Assembly: GCA_964187785.1 (NCBI GenBank)
Contig: OZ076409.1
Coordinates: 48,176,001-48,240,000, forward strand
Reading direction: 5' to 3'
DNA from: Amphiscolops sp. MND2022
Lineage: Eukaryota
DNA length: 64,000 nucleotides
The notes beneath the pieces are model-generated. The model made no database searches. It was not told the origin of the DNA and saw only the letters and a list, made by a program, of their open reading frames with translations. A program made the position numbers and the translations under genes. This document shows, piece by piece, positions 48,321 to 60,392 of this stretch (positions within the stretch are counted from its first letter, which is position 1; every line of letters starts with the position of its first letter).

Positions 48321-50849
48321 ACAAATATACTTCTATTACATATATACTACTTTTCTATATCCCAATATATTTTACTTCTTCTATTCCTACTACTCCCACT
48401 GATGATAACCAATACCTTCCATCTGATGATCCAAACATTACCAATCTTATTTTCTGTCATTATGACTGTGCAAAACAACATAACCTTCGCCAACTTAATC
48501 TCATTAATGTAAAACAATGTACTGAAGCTCCTTCTAACATACAACACGCAAATGTTCAAGCCTGAGTTTATGTAAGAGCAAAAGCCAAACATGTTCGCGC
48601 TTTCAAACGTGAAGCTTATGCTAAAAAGAACGAAAAGTTTGCTTTCAAGGCAATGTCAAATACCGAATACCGACGTGTTGATCGAACTGTTTGGAATCAT
48701 AACACTATGCCACTACCTATCACTCTTGAATGTAAAAACCTTATTAGACATCCTATTGGAACTGATAATAAAATATTGAACAATCTCAACTATAACAATA
48801 CTTTTACACTAGTAGAAGACCACTATTTTCAAGGACAATTAGAACGATTTCAGACTCCTTTTACTGTATATAATTTTACCAAATGTAAACAGGAACCTTT
48901 CCTTATATGCCTGCTGACAAAAATTGGATATATGACCCACTTCGCAATCCTCATCATAACTGTCCTGCCCATCATCAATTTGAAGTCAACCTAGTAAGTT
49001 GGCGACTTGCAATATATGAAATAGAATTAACTTATGATGATACTCAAAATGTTGTGATAATTGATGGTCACACTTTACCATTGAAACAGACTCCTTTGTA
49101 CACTCCTCTATTCCCAAAAAACCTGCCACCAACGCTGGTATTAAGGTACTTCTTATCCTTATGTCCATGCTCCACATGCACAAAACCCACATAACCCAAG
49201 TCTTTCACACTTTGAAGTATTTCCTAATGCTCAATCCTTTTGTGGTAAACCTGAACCTCATTATTCTACTCAACACTCTGATCATTTTGTTACTTACACT
49301 GAAGGATTTGATATGCATACAGGATAAGCAAATCCTAGCTCCATTATAAACAATTGTATTTCCGGTAAAATAGTATTGAACAATTCTAACAACAAAAACA
49401 TATTCCCAGCAATAAATGTTTCCAACAATTTTGCTACAATAGACTATGATGCACATATAATTTCAAAGATAGATTACACTATTAACCATGTTTTTCGTTC
49501 AATGACTGTCCAAGAACTAAATACTTTTCATACAGTATGTTAATTAGAACGGAACCAACTTCTTACAATACTTGCAATGTCTGTACAGAACACTCAACTT
49601 GCTGGCTTCCTTCTGACAGGCAATCGCAGTAATTACCTCTATGTTGAAGGTTCTACTGCTTGGCTTTATGATTGTCCACATTTTCTTTCTCCATTATATG
49701 TTACTGACCGCTGTTTTGACAGAATTCTTATTCACTTTGAAGACACTCTTATGTACGTTGACCCTATTACACGCCAAACATTTCAGTATGCTACTCCTAT
49801 CACATGCGAAAATAATCCAAAGAACATTATCGAACCTGAGCCAGACTCAGATGATCAAGACAGACTTTTATATACTTGGTCTTGAACCTATTAAAAGAAA
49901 ACCACCACTTATGTTTATTCCTTCGCAAAGTAAAACTACAATACGCCCTAATACTTTTACAGCTCAAGATGCTGGTATATATTCTAATGCTAAACTAGAT
50001 CAATTTTGGAATAGAATTCTATTTTCAAAACATTCAGAAACTACACTACAACTTTTGGGAAAAGCCGTTAGTTGTTCTCTTTTCTTTCCTCTAACACACC
50101 TTATTATGATGCCAATACCCCACATGACAATCCATACAATACACTTCGTATTGGACTCCATGATAGACTAATTAATCTTACACCACTTTTTACTCCTACA
50201 TGGTTTTCAGATGCTTTTATCGCTTTATTTGGATACACAATGTAAAATATATTTTTCTACATATCGTTTCATACAAACAATGTTAACACTCATAGTTAAA
50301 CTTTAAACAACTATTTCAATCAAATACAATCTTAAACAAAACATCACAGTTCTTAGCTCTCTTGCTCATGGTTTTTTGAATATTTTTACAGCTGACATGT
50401 TACATGACCTAAAAAATGCTCGTTCCAAAAGATCTCTTAAAAGTTCAAATCACCTGTCCAACATTACTGAAAGCTCATTAGATGAATCCTCTTTAAATCA
50501 TCGTGATACAACTGGTATTTCTTCAAATCCAACTGGCATTATTTCACCACCACCATTTTATACAAAACGTCCGACTAGGATTTCCAAAATGACACGTTTT
50601 AAATTCCTTCCCAGAGGGAAACAGTATTCCAATCAAAAACGCAATACTGGTCAATCAACATTTACTACATCATCATCATTACCACATTACTCTTCTGTCA
50701 CCACAAATCCTAATGATTATCCTTTAAATACATCACCTGTCGATTGCGAGATGGACACTCCTGTCCGCATACATTCCAAAACAAATTACTCCTTTCCTCC
50801 GCCATCTTTTCAAACTGACCATTCTGACTTTTTCACTTTTCCTGAATAG
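48263..50849 (+). pseudogene. Env-like viral fusion glycoprotein (chuvirus/class III-like), degenerate
   Basis: Hydrophobic leader; FCHYDC...LNLINVKQC; VC*LERNQLLTILAM...LAGFLLTGNRSNYLYVEGSTAWLYDC...PLYVTDRCFDRILIHF...YVDPITRQTFQYATPITC; membrane anchor at ~50200-50400 and a Ser/Pro-rich tail. Confidence 0.75.
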
Positions 50850-51073
50850 CTGCTCGTTGAACAACTTCTTTTCCCTCTCTTTCTTGCTCTACATCAGAAC
50901 TTCTCTTCCAAATTGAGCAACCGCCTCCTCTCCAACTTGAATCCGTCATCGAAATAACACTCAACCGCCCAACAACTATCCGTGTTCTTCCTCCTCCTCC
51001 TCAAACAGCTAATAAAGCTACTCGTTAGTGTTTTCTCAACTAAAAAATTTTTATAAAACAATCTTTCTCAAAT

Positions 51074-52449
51074 ATGACACAAGCACAATTAGATTTTCAT
51101 AGACTGACTCCACATATAACACAAGAACATTTTGATCTTCGAAATCAACTCGAAATGCACACTATGGATCTTATAACAAAACCTCTCTCTAATGATTCTC
51201 CTGTCCTCTTTCTTGGTACTAAAGATCTGCCTACTATATCTTCAAATGACCAAATGAAACTTCAACCTATATCTTCAAAATACAAAACACCTTCAGACCA
51301 CAATAATTCTCCTGAAACTCCACCACCAACAAAAAAGAAATATGAAATAATGAAAGATCCTGCATTTCTTTCATCACCGGTATATCCTCCAATAATACCT
51401 ACAAAACCTCAAAACTCAACTAATCGCAACGAAAATCTTACACCCATACTGTCTACAAATCAATTCTCTTTCAAATCACAATCAACTTCTCTATACATGC
51501 ATCCAACTGACTACAACTTCAAACTCTAAGATAAAAATCAAAACTTCTTCACATCAATTGCTTCTAAAATTATGGCACCTTATCAGTACTGGTTTGATAA
51601 TGGTGTAAAAATACTCTCTCTACAGTTCAACTTTCTCCACCCATCTGTCTATGATCTAGAAACAGATGAAAATGATCCATCTTTCCTATCGAACGCTCAA
51701 AAAGCCAATCTTCACTTCACTTATACTCGCTTTCTTCAACACACCAAACCTCAAAATTACATTTTTGCAAACTACAAATATACATCACCTTTCACGATGA
51801 CAAACCTATATACCATTGACCACTCTAAAATAACAGGATAACTCCGTAATTACGATCCTATCAAACAATACTTTTGTCTACTTCCTCATTATGATACATC
51901 TCGTCCTTTTATCGTACCCCAAGAAGCTCTAATTCATTTTGATGACTTTCTGTTGCCTTGCAACGTTCCAACTCAGATTGTCAAACCGTTGGCAGTAATA
52001 AAACACTTTGTTTCATCACCCTAGATGATAAAGACATTTCTTATTATACAGCTCTCTCAAAGCAATCACAATCATATAAAGAATTTTTGTTCATCGCTGC
52101 GAAAGTCATTTCCTTTATGGTTTAAACAGAACAAAAACATACCTATTCAGATCAATAATCGCCTACAAAATCTCCTATCAAACATTCACAAACCACTAGT
52201 GAAAAACTTTCTACCAAGTTGAACAACCGTACTCTTAAGGACCTAACTCAAATGTTGGACCCATATAAACGAAACCCATCGGATTCTCCAATCACCACTC
52301 TTAACCATCTAATACACTGCTATGACAGAACTTCTAAACTTCTCCAGACTCTAAACCTAGATTCTCAACGTATAACACAATCATCTCGAGCAATTCAATC
52401 TGCTCTTGACTCTATGAATACCCTGTTTAATACTTTCAATTTTCAATAA
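51074..52449 (+). pseudogene. Accessory ORF of unknown function, interrupted
   Basis: ORFs 51074-51529 and 51572-51841 are in the same frame with single stops. Protein-like text continues (LRNYDPIKQYFCLLPHYDTSRPFIVPQE) towards 52449. Confidence 0.6.
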
Positions 52450-52833
52450 ATCATCTCTCAGGTAATACAAATTTCTTTAATTTTTGTACGATCCTATACT
52501 GGACACTTTCTCTATTGAACATTTTCAACCCAAACTACAGGCAACATTCCTATTTTACTTCCCAAAAATTTTGGGACATTATCTATGGTTCCTAATATAT
52601 CTTCTAGCACTCTCTTTTTCGACTCTTTTTCAGAATTACTTTTCATCTATAGTACAAAAACAACATACATAATATAGCACCAGAGTATATAACAAAAAAT
52701 TCCTTGCATTTTGTCTTCAAATCTAAGACTCCATCTGTTTTAGAAACTTCTATTCTTCTTCCTCCTTCTGGACTTCTTTCAGCTTCCGCCAACTCCAAAA
52801 ACTTCTACCAGGATTTCAGCTCTCGTTCTTCTA

Positions 52834-53289
52834 ATGGCTCCGCAAAACTCTGAAATCAAAAAGCTTGGTAACTCCACAACCTCTAAAGTACCTAGTTTAA
52901 AAGCCGCCATCTTCCACACTATGGCCTATAAAATGTCACTGGAAAACAACAACGGCAATGTAACTCTTCCTATCAGACGTTCCTTCCTAAAAGTTCTTTA
53001 CAACGTATGTCAAATCAAGAAAAAGCACATAAATTTCGAACAATACTATCGCATTCATGTTGAAGGCCCAAAAATCGCTGTTTGCGAAACTACTTCGGAA
53101 ACAGTTTTCGTCCTAAATTCTGCAATTACAAGTAAGGACAACTACTTTCAAACTGCCCTAGATGACGCCATAGATGCATTTAATGCTAGCTTTCTCAATT
53201 TTGGATATACTCAACAACTACAACGTTATGACCCAGAAACCCATCAAGTACACCATCCTTCAAAACATCCTTTTTGGCCAACAGAATAA
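52834..53289 (+). CDS. Accessory ORF of unknown function (151 aa)
   Basis: ATG-initiated, globular-looking ORF inside the element on the same strand as gag-pol-env. Confidence 0.55.
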   Translation: MAPQNSEIKKLGNSTTSKVPSLKAAIFHTMAYKMSLENNNGNVTLPIRRSFLKVLYNVCQIKKKHINFEQYYRIHVEGPKIAVCETTSETVFVLNSAITSKDNYFQTALDDAIDAFNASFLNFGYTQQLQRYDPETHQVHHPSKHPFWPTE

Positions 53290-54466
53290 AAAATAACATG
53301 AACCAACCTCACTCATTTCGCTTCTCTGCAACTTCTTCTTACTTTGATGCTGCTGAAATTCTTTAATGGACTCATTGATTTCTTCAACTTCAACATGCAT
53401 CTTTCACTACATGCTTCTCGAACTCTTCTTCACATCGACACTTATTCACTTGCGTCGGTGCTTCTCTTCTTCGCTGTCCATCCAGACACCGTCACTCCTC
53501 ACTTCTTTGACATCGTCAACCACCACCCATCATCGTCACTTCAACCATCACCCATCATCGTCACTTCAACTGTCATCCATTATCACTCTTCAACATCGTC
53601 CAAGACCCAAACACCAGTTTCTTTCGACTTTCAAACTTCAAACATTCATTAGCCTCCAGTTCTTTCGACTTTCAAACTTCAAACTTTCATTAACTCAATA
53701 TTTAACCTTCAATAAGTCGTGTAATCTTTAGTTTAGTTCTTACTATAAATACCCCCCGTATAATCTTTATTTTACTATAATTCTTTGTAATCGTATAATC
53801 AATATTCTAATCTGATGCTATTATAAACTCTCATTTAATCAAATTGTAATCATTTTACTTATTCATTTTGTGCTTAGTACACAAATTTCACTTATATAAC
53901 CCTTAATTGTACTCAATATTTTCTTGTCTTTCTTCTTTTTTTCCAGTACAAGACACCTTCTTCTATAAGACATTTTCGACTTTTGAATTTCAACTGAAAT
54001 TTGAAGTTTGAAGTACTTTCCGAAAAGACTATTCCTCACTTTCTTGAGAATGAAATGAACCTTTGCAATTTTTGACTTCTTCACACTTTGTTCACTACCC
54101 GCCAATGTTTGTTCACAACTCATTGACAACTTTCAGAAATGTTCTTCAACTCGAAAAGTTTCCATTTGAATGCTCATATGAAGAACTCATATATTTTTTA
54201 AAACAAAAGCCTACTACTACAAGTTGTCAAACAATAACTTGAACAACAACGTCAATCAAAACTTTTGACTGACTGAAAAACGTTGCACCAATGTGAACCA
54301 TCAAATCACTAAGAAGTTCAAACCGTCTTAGGTTGTTCTCACTCCTTAAGTATGGTACTCTAACATAACAAGAAACATTAAACACCTATAGTACAAAGCT
54401 CAAGTTTAAAACACACACCCCCTGAAGATACTGATATACTTTACGCTTTCTGAAAACCTGGTCGAT

Positions 54467-55119
54467 TGTGACGTCATGATGCATGACATCAAGAATCTTA
54501 ATACTTGTAAAAGTATAATTAAACTCCCTGACCTAATAGCATGACAGATGCCATTCTATTCAGAAGTTAATACTTCAATTTTTGAGATGCTAATATTTCG
54601 AATGATTTCATTATAGAAGTAATCCCATCAATCTCATCTTGTAATGATTTTAATTCTATATAATCTGAACACTGATTGATGTAATAACTGAAACTATATA
54701 CTCAGAGTAACTTGAATGTTGTAATCTGACAGTGCTCTCATTTAGAAAGAAAAAGAATTCTGAGATCTCAAGCTAACTTAGTCAAACTCAGTTCAGTAGA
54801 AAAGATAGCTATCTAGACGGTACTCCTGTTAAGACTTAAAAGAACTTCTTAAGTGTTCAGTAAAGGAAATTAGGATAAACATCCAACAAGTCTTTAACAG
54901 CTCAATTGGTGCGACCACGAAAATTCTCTTTTCCCTTCTTCTATCACCTCAAATTCATTCTGTACAAACTTTCTAAACTTTTTCATTCGATACCTCTTTG
55001 TTCGCCATAGTTTCACCTCCTCTCTCTATCGTATATCAATATTAACTTTCCGTTCCAACCAATTTTCTCTGAAAATTTATTCGTGTTGGTATGGTTCTGA
55101 CTACGTTCCATACGTAACT
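54467..55119 (+). repeat. 3' LTR of the env-bearing element
   Basis: Colinear with 37501-38160; ends CATACGTAACT. Confidence 0.85.
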
Positions 55120-56170
55120 TCCACCAAAAAGCCTGAGTTTAGTCCTTGTTTTTACGTTTATTTGTTGTATCTTATCAAAGCCGTAAATCAATTGTTTCTT
55201 TGTATGTTTCAACGAATTTTTTTTGTCTTGTAAATTCAACCGCCTGATTGCTCAAGTCTCTATCAGAGGTTGTGATTCGAGGCCGATAATGAGTTTGATT
55301 GACGCTATCTGACCGGAAACGTTGCGTTATATAATTCCTTTGGTTTGTTGCTATTGGTCGTCTGAGTTTAGTTATAATTTCAGTTGTCTACTTCAGATGA
55401 CGATATTGCTCTTTCGATGTATTGTTTTTTTTCAACATCCTGCAAAATTTTTTGTAATGTCCTTTCTTTAAAAAACTAGGCATTTTGCCAATTTTGCGTT
55501 GCAATTATGCTGTCGTGTTCAGTTCGGGGCCTCACATTCTCCGAAGCAATTGTCTCTATATCAGAATTTTTGATTCTTCAATCATTTTTGTTCTTTCAAG
55601 ACAGGATATTTCTGACAATTTTCTCTTGTTTGGTCAACATTAGACTCTCAATGTGTTATCTATGTCCATTTTGTTTGGTTCATTATCCGTAACGCTTTTT
55701 GTCATTTCTGTTGAGCTGATTCTCCCAGCTGAACTGTTCAACACAGATTATTTTGATTTGATTGATTCGTCTTTTTACTGTGATCACTGAAGGGCTTACG
55801 AAACAGTCTTTTGAAAATTGAGATGCTTGTTCCAAATATACGTGTTCTTTCTATTTCTACCACTACTTGGAGTGATGTATCAAGATTGGACAGTCTTTTT
55901 GTTGTATTATTATTACCCCTTTCTTAAGGTTACTTTGCTGGCAGATTCTTTATTCCTTTGTGGTAAAACAACAGATCTTAGAAACCTTTTTTGACTTGGA
56001 TAATTTTTTTCTCCGTAGTAACCAAGTTAACAATATAGATCTGTTGTATAGCGTCGATCTGTTTTTACGCTTTGTTCCAGCCTGCGTTTAGTCCCTCTAT
56101 TCAAGTTTAGCTTCTGCATTTGTTATCAAAAACTGTAAATCAATTGTTTCTTTGTATGTTTCAACGAATA

Positions 56171-57609
56171 TTTTTAGTCGGCACGTTTTCCTTTTAAAGA
56201 AAAATGCCCGACTATAGCAGTGACTTTTTTTTCTTCAGACCACATACCTCACACTCAACAAGCTTTTACCACAACATAAAATGTCGGACAGAGACTACAC
56301 TGTCAACGGAAATGACATATTTGAATGTAAACGATGGACAGTCATAGAAGGCCAAACTGATTCGAAAGGTTTTAATGTTTCTAGCGTGAAGAAAGGAAGG
56401 AACTTTTAATTAAAATTGCGAGTGAGAAAAAAATTCCAAGAGAAACCCATAGGTGTTGAATTGAATGTTCAGGTCAATTGTGGATGATTTTGAACCATAT
56501 AACTGTGGACGAGTTTTCAGTTCAGAATATTTCTGAGTAGGGTTGGGTTGTAATGCTCTCTGTGTGAGTCCAGTGCAAACTGAAAAATTTTTCCTTGAAA
56601 ATCGCGTAACCGGTTTCGAAAAACAAACGTCACTCTGCCATTTTTGATCAAAATAAAAAACCCAATCGTATTTTCGGTCGGCTTTCGTGTTTTAAGGAAA
56701 AGAGTCCGATTATTAAATTGACTAATTTTTTGTCAGTCTCACTCTGAACAATCCACTTTTTGTGCGCTGTGCACCTCTACCATGAGTAGTTAATACCTAA
56801 TTTTGAACGTATCCAAAGCCTAACAAGAAATACAGAGCCATTCCAAAGCAGAAGGGTCCCTCTCAATTTTTTTGGTATTTTGCATCAGAATGGATGTTTA
56901 AAAATGCCAAAGGGTCCCACCTTTTAGATTTTTCGGCACTATGAGCAAAGTTGAAATTTATTTTTCGTCCGATATTGGGTTTTCTCAATGGATATCCACA
57001 AACAATGTTTTTCAGTAATAACCGAGTTTTGGAGAACATTGCGTTGTATCCGAATTTTTGACGTTATATGTGAACTATATTGCCTTTCACTAAGGAGGAG
57101 AAAGAGATTCGAAAAACTCTTGAGACTTTTTTGAACATTTTTCATGTTTTCAGAGAGTCCCCCCTTCAATTTGTTCGATATTTGGCACAAAAATTAACGT
57201 TTAAAAAGCCCAAGGGATCCCCCCTTTTTTTGTTTTTCGGCTCTGAGACTGTTCAAAAATCTGTCTGATAATAGGTTTTCTCAATATATATCCACCAATA
57301 TTTATTTCACTACTATCCTAATTTTTGACGTAATATCCGAAGTAAGCGCTACATACGGTTTTGACGTTATATCCGAACTATATTGCGTTTTACTAAGGAG
57401 GCGTGGAAGTTCAAAAACAAGCGTTCCCATTTGTCCTATCACGCTATATCTAAACTTCTGAAGCTTTCCAAACTTTCCGAGCACAGAAGGCACCCTTACG
57501 TGTTTCGAAACTTGTTAGTTTGTCATAAAACACGTCCTGGCCATTTTCAAAATCTTTGCGTTTTTTGAGCCTTAGGTAAAGCGCCGACTTGAGCCGTTCC
57601 CGTTTTGTT
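56171..57609 (+). mobile_element. HINE-like non-autonomous Helentron, possibly composite
   Basis: 5' TTTTTAGTCGGCA with partial inverted repeat; 3' GCGCCGACTTGAGCCGTTCCCGTTTTGTT. Internal GACGTTATATCCGAA repeats are shared with the 10226-11125 copy. Confidence 0.6.
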
Positions 57610-58261
57610 TCAAAGTGTAGCAGCCCAAGAGGCCCAACAGATGAATTTTGCTTGTATAACAGTTAGTCGCACAATGGTTCGATCTATTTATATAATCATC
57701 GATATCAATTTTCATAGTGAACCGATAATGGATGACAAGCACATTTTTCTCTATTCTTACATTCAATAGCAATCTTGCCATCAATTTTAGAAACGAACCT
57801 AGTAGTGAAAAACGGTTTTTTAAATTATTCTACAGTCCTTGTATTGGATCTTCGGGTGGCCTAAGCTCAAATTGTGGCAATAATTTTTTAAATTCTAGCG
57901 ACAAATTTACACCAATTACTATTTGGTATAAAGCCCTAAAAATCTTCAATGTACAAATTGTTTGTTACTAAATTTATAAGTCATGACTTTACAAAGTATT
58001 AACCCAAACTAGCATGGATGTTTTTGCAACACATTTTCAAAAATTTGATTTATTTCAATCGTTAACATCTCTATTTCAACAAAGCATACCATATAAATGA
58101 AATATAGCGCGTTTGAAAGGTCTAATATTGAGCTTTCATTTTGGTTTAGTGAGCCCCTGTCCGCGCACGCCCTTTGGGATTTTAATTCTCCCAGGTACCG
58201 TCGCTATACGGGAGCTTCTTGTCCCAACAGCGTATCATTTAGATTTGTTGAGCAAGGTCTT

Positions 58262-59111
58262 TGTAACGGCTGCTTGATCCCTTCAATTGACCAAACTTTA
58301 CGCCGCCCTGAATTCGGTGCTCGGCACTGCGGATCGTTGCCGAACACTGCTTGCTTCTTAGATTAAAAGGACTGTATCTTGACTTAGTAGGATCCAATGA
58401 TCCCGAATTGCACTTCTTCCTTGTCTCTTAACACGTCCAACTCTCCACAAGTTGAGAGTAACTAACTTAATCGCCCTAAGTCTTTGGCGAAAAGTCGAAA
58501 AGAGGTGAAGAAATGAATTGAGAATTGAAATGGTCCTAAGACCCGACTTTAATACAGCTTTCCAATCAATTTGTGCCTATCTAACAATGGTATACATATC
58601 GTTTACAATTATTCGATAACTATGAGTTGAAATATGAAGTATAAATAAATGACATTTAAGTGAATTATTAAAGTTATTGGCTATGTAAACAAACCATAGT
58701 GTGGGTATAGCATGTTGGTTAGGTGGGCTCTAAGCATGTTTACACAATGTAAATATCATTAATTGCAACAGAGTTACATTCTAATGTGGTCATATAGGTA
58801 AATAACAAAGCTTACATTTTTGGTTCAATGACCTTGAACACCACACATGTGAGGGGTAAAGAGGGTTATAGTATATGAATGACCTTGAAACTTAGCCGGT
58901 GTGTTCGTGTTAGGTGCTTGCATATGTGTGCCAAGTTTCATGTCTCTAGGGTTAATAGTTGTCGAGAAAATCCATTTTGGGGGGGGGTTTCCATTTTTGT
59001 GATGGGAATTTCTTCAAAATTTCATCTAAGTTTTTTTTGAGTTTAAGTTTTGTTTCTCAACCAGCACGTTCCGAATCGAGTTTCTTTGCCTGCTGATGAC
59101 TGGCGCCGACA
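58262..59111 (-). repeat. 3' LTR (850 bp)
   Basis: Minus strand TGTCGGCGCC...GCCGTTACA. Nearly identical to 63523-64000 over the available length. Confidence 0.92.
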
Positions 59112-60392
59112 TTGCCGGCCCTGTTTTTCTCCCGAAAAACACTTTCATAGAACATTGGTGCCAGTCTCACTACTGGTGGTCTGCGATTGTCATCAGTCAT
59201 CGTTTCTTTCTGAGAAATTCTGTACCGTAGTCATGTTTGCCAGTTGTTTGCTGTGTTCTTTCTCTACTGCAATGCTTCTCCAGCCCATATTCCAGTTCGC
59301 TGAGAAAGAGGTTGTTTTCCACATAATCACATAACACAACCAAGTGTTTCCAAAAACTGTTCTCTCATTTCAAGTGATAGTTTTCCCAATTATCCCAAAC
59401 TTGATCGTCAACGTCCAACATTCATTGAGTTCAACCAATTCCTTTTCTCTTGAATCTTTAATAGGTATGATACAAAATTGCTTCAGTTCATTTAACTCGA
59501 CTTCCATAATTACTTCAACATCCAAAGAATAGATTTCCAGATAAGTCGAAAATGTCTCCAGACAGTTTCCCAAGATTTGCTCTGCTACATATTTCCGCAT
59601 CAAAGTTGACTGACCGCGGGGAAGGTATGTCAAACTGAGTTCGTTCTCTAATTGTTCCATACTGAAGCTTTCAATTTGGCGTTCGGGAGCGATTATTGAA
59701 TCATCCATGATCATCACCAATAGATAAAGAGAATTTCCAACATTACGGCGACTGGAGTTTTTTCCTTTGTGTTCAATGCTCTTTTTGCATCCAATAGGAG
59801 GGGATTTGAATTGTGAACTCAGTCGCTGCGCTGCATTTTGCTTTTTTTTCTGGCAGGTCGTTTTTCGTAGCTACATCCCAGTTTTCTAGTAACTGCAATG
59901 CTGTGGAGTTTCGCTTTCGCTTCTGTTTGTAGAGCGTCACCGAGCTTCTTTCACCACAAAATTCTAATTTCTTTTCATCTTGGTTTCTATCCGGCTCCAA
60001 TAGATCATCAGAAACTTCCAATTTACCAATAGACCCATACTGAGTCCCCATAGCCATGAATGGTGTAGCCGGCCCATTGCAAGTCCCATTTTTCCAACTT
60101 CCTGTTGTGGGTACTTTCAAAGATCACATTTCCATTCTTGGCACTGATGAGTTATCTCTGAACTCAGGTAGCCAAAGTGTGTCATCTTGTGGTGTTCCAT
60201 TTACTTTCAACTGAGCTCCTTCCGTCATTTCCTGTATCAGGTTCCAGTTATGTTCAATCTTCCGAGATCTTTTCTTCAGTTGCTTGCGGTGGCTGTTGCT
60301 CAATTGAGTTTCATCAATGTCGTTAGCCTGTGACACTGCGTCCATCCCTGAATTTCCATTACCAATCCAATGGTTCCATGCATTTCTTTGAC

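Larger units (their letters stand above)
37501..55119 (+). mobile_element. Large env-bearing, retrovirus-like Ty3/Gypsy element, degenerate
   Basis: ~655-bp direct repeats; gag-PR-RT-RH-IN order; glycoprotein and extra ORFs 3' of the integrase. No TSD, PBS or PPT recognised. Confidence 0.9.
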
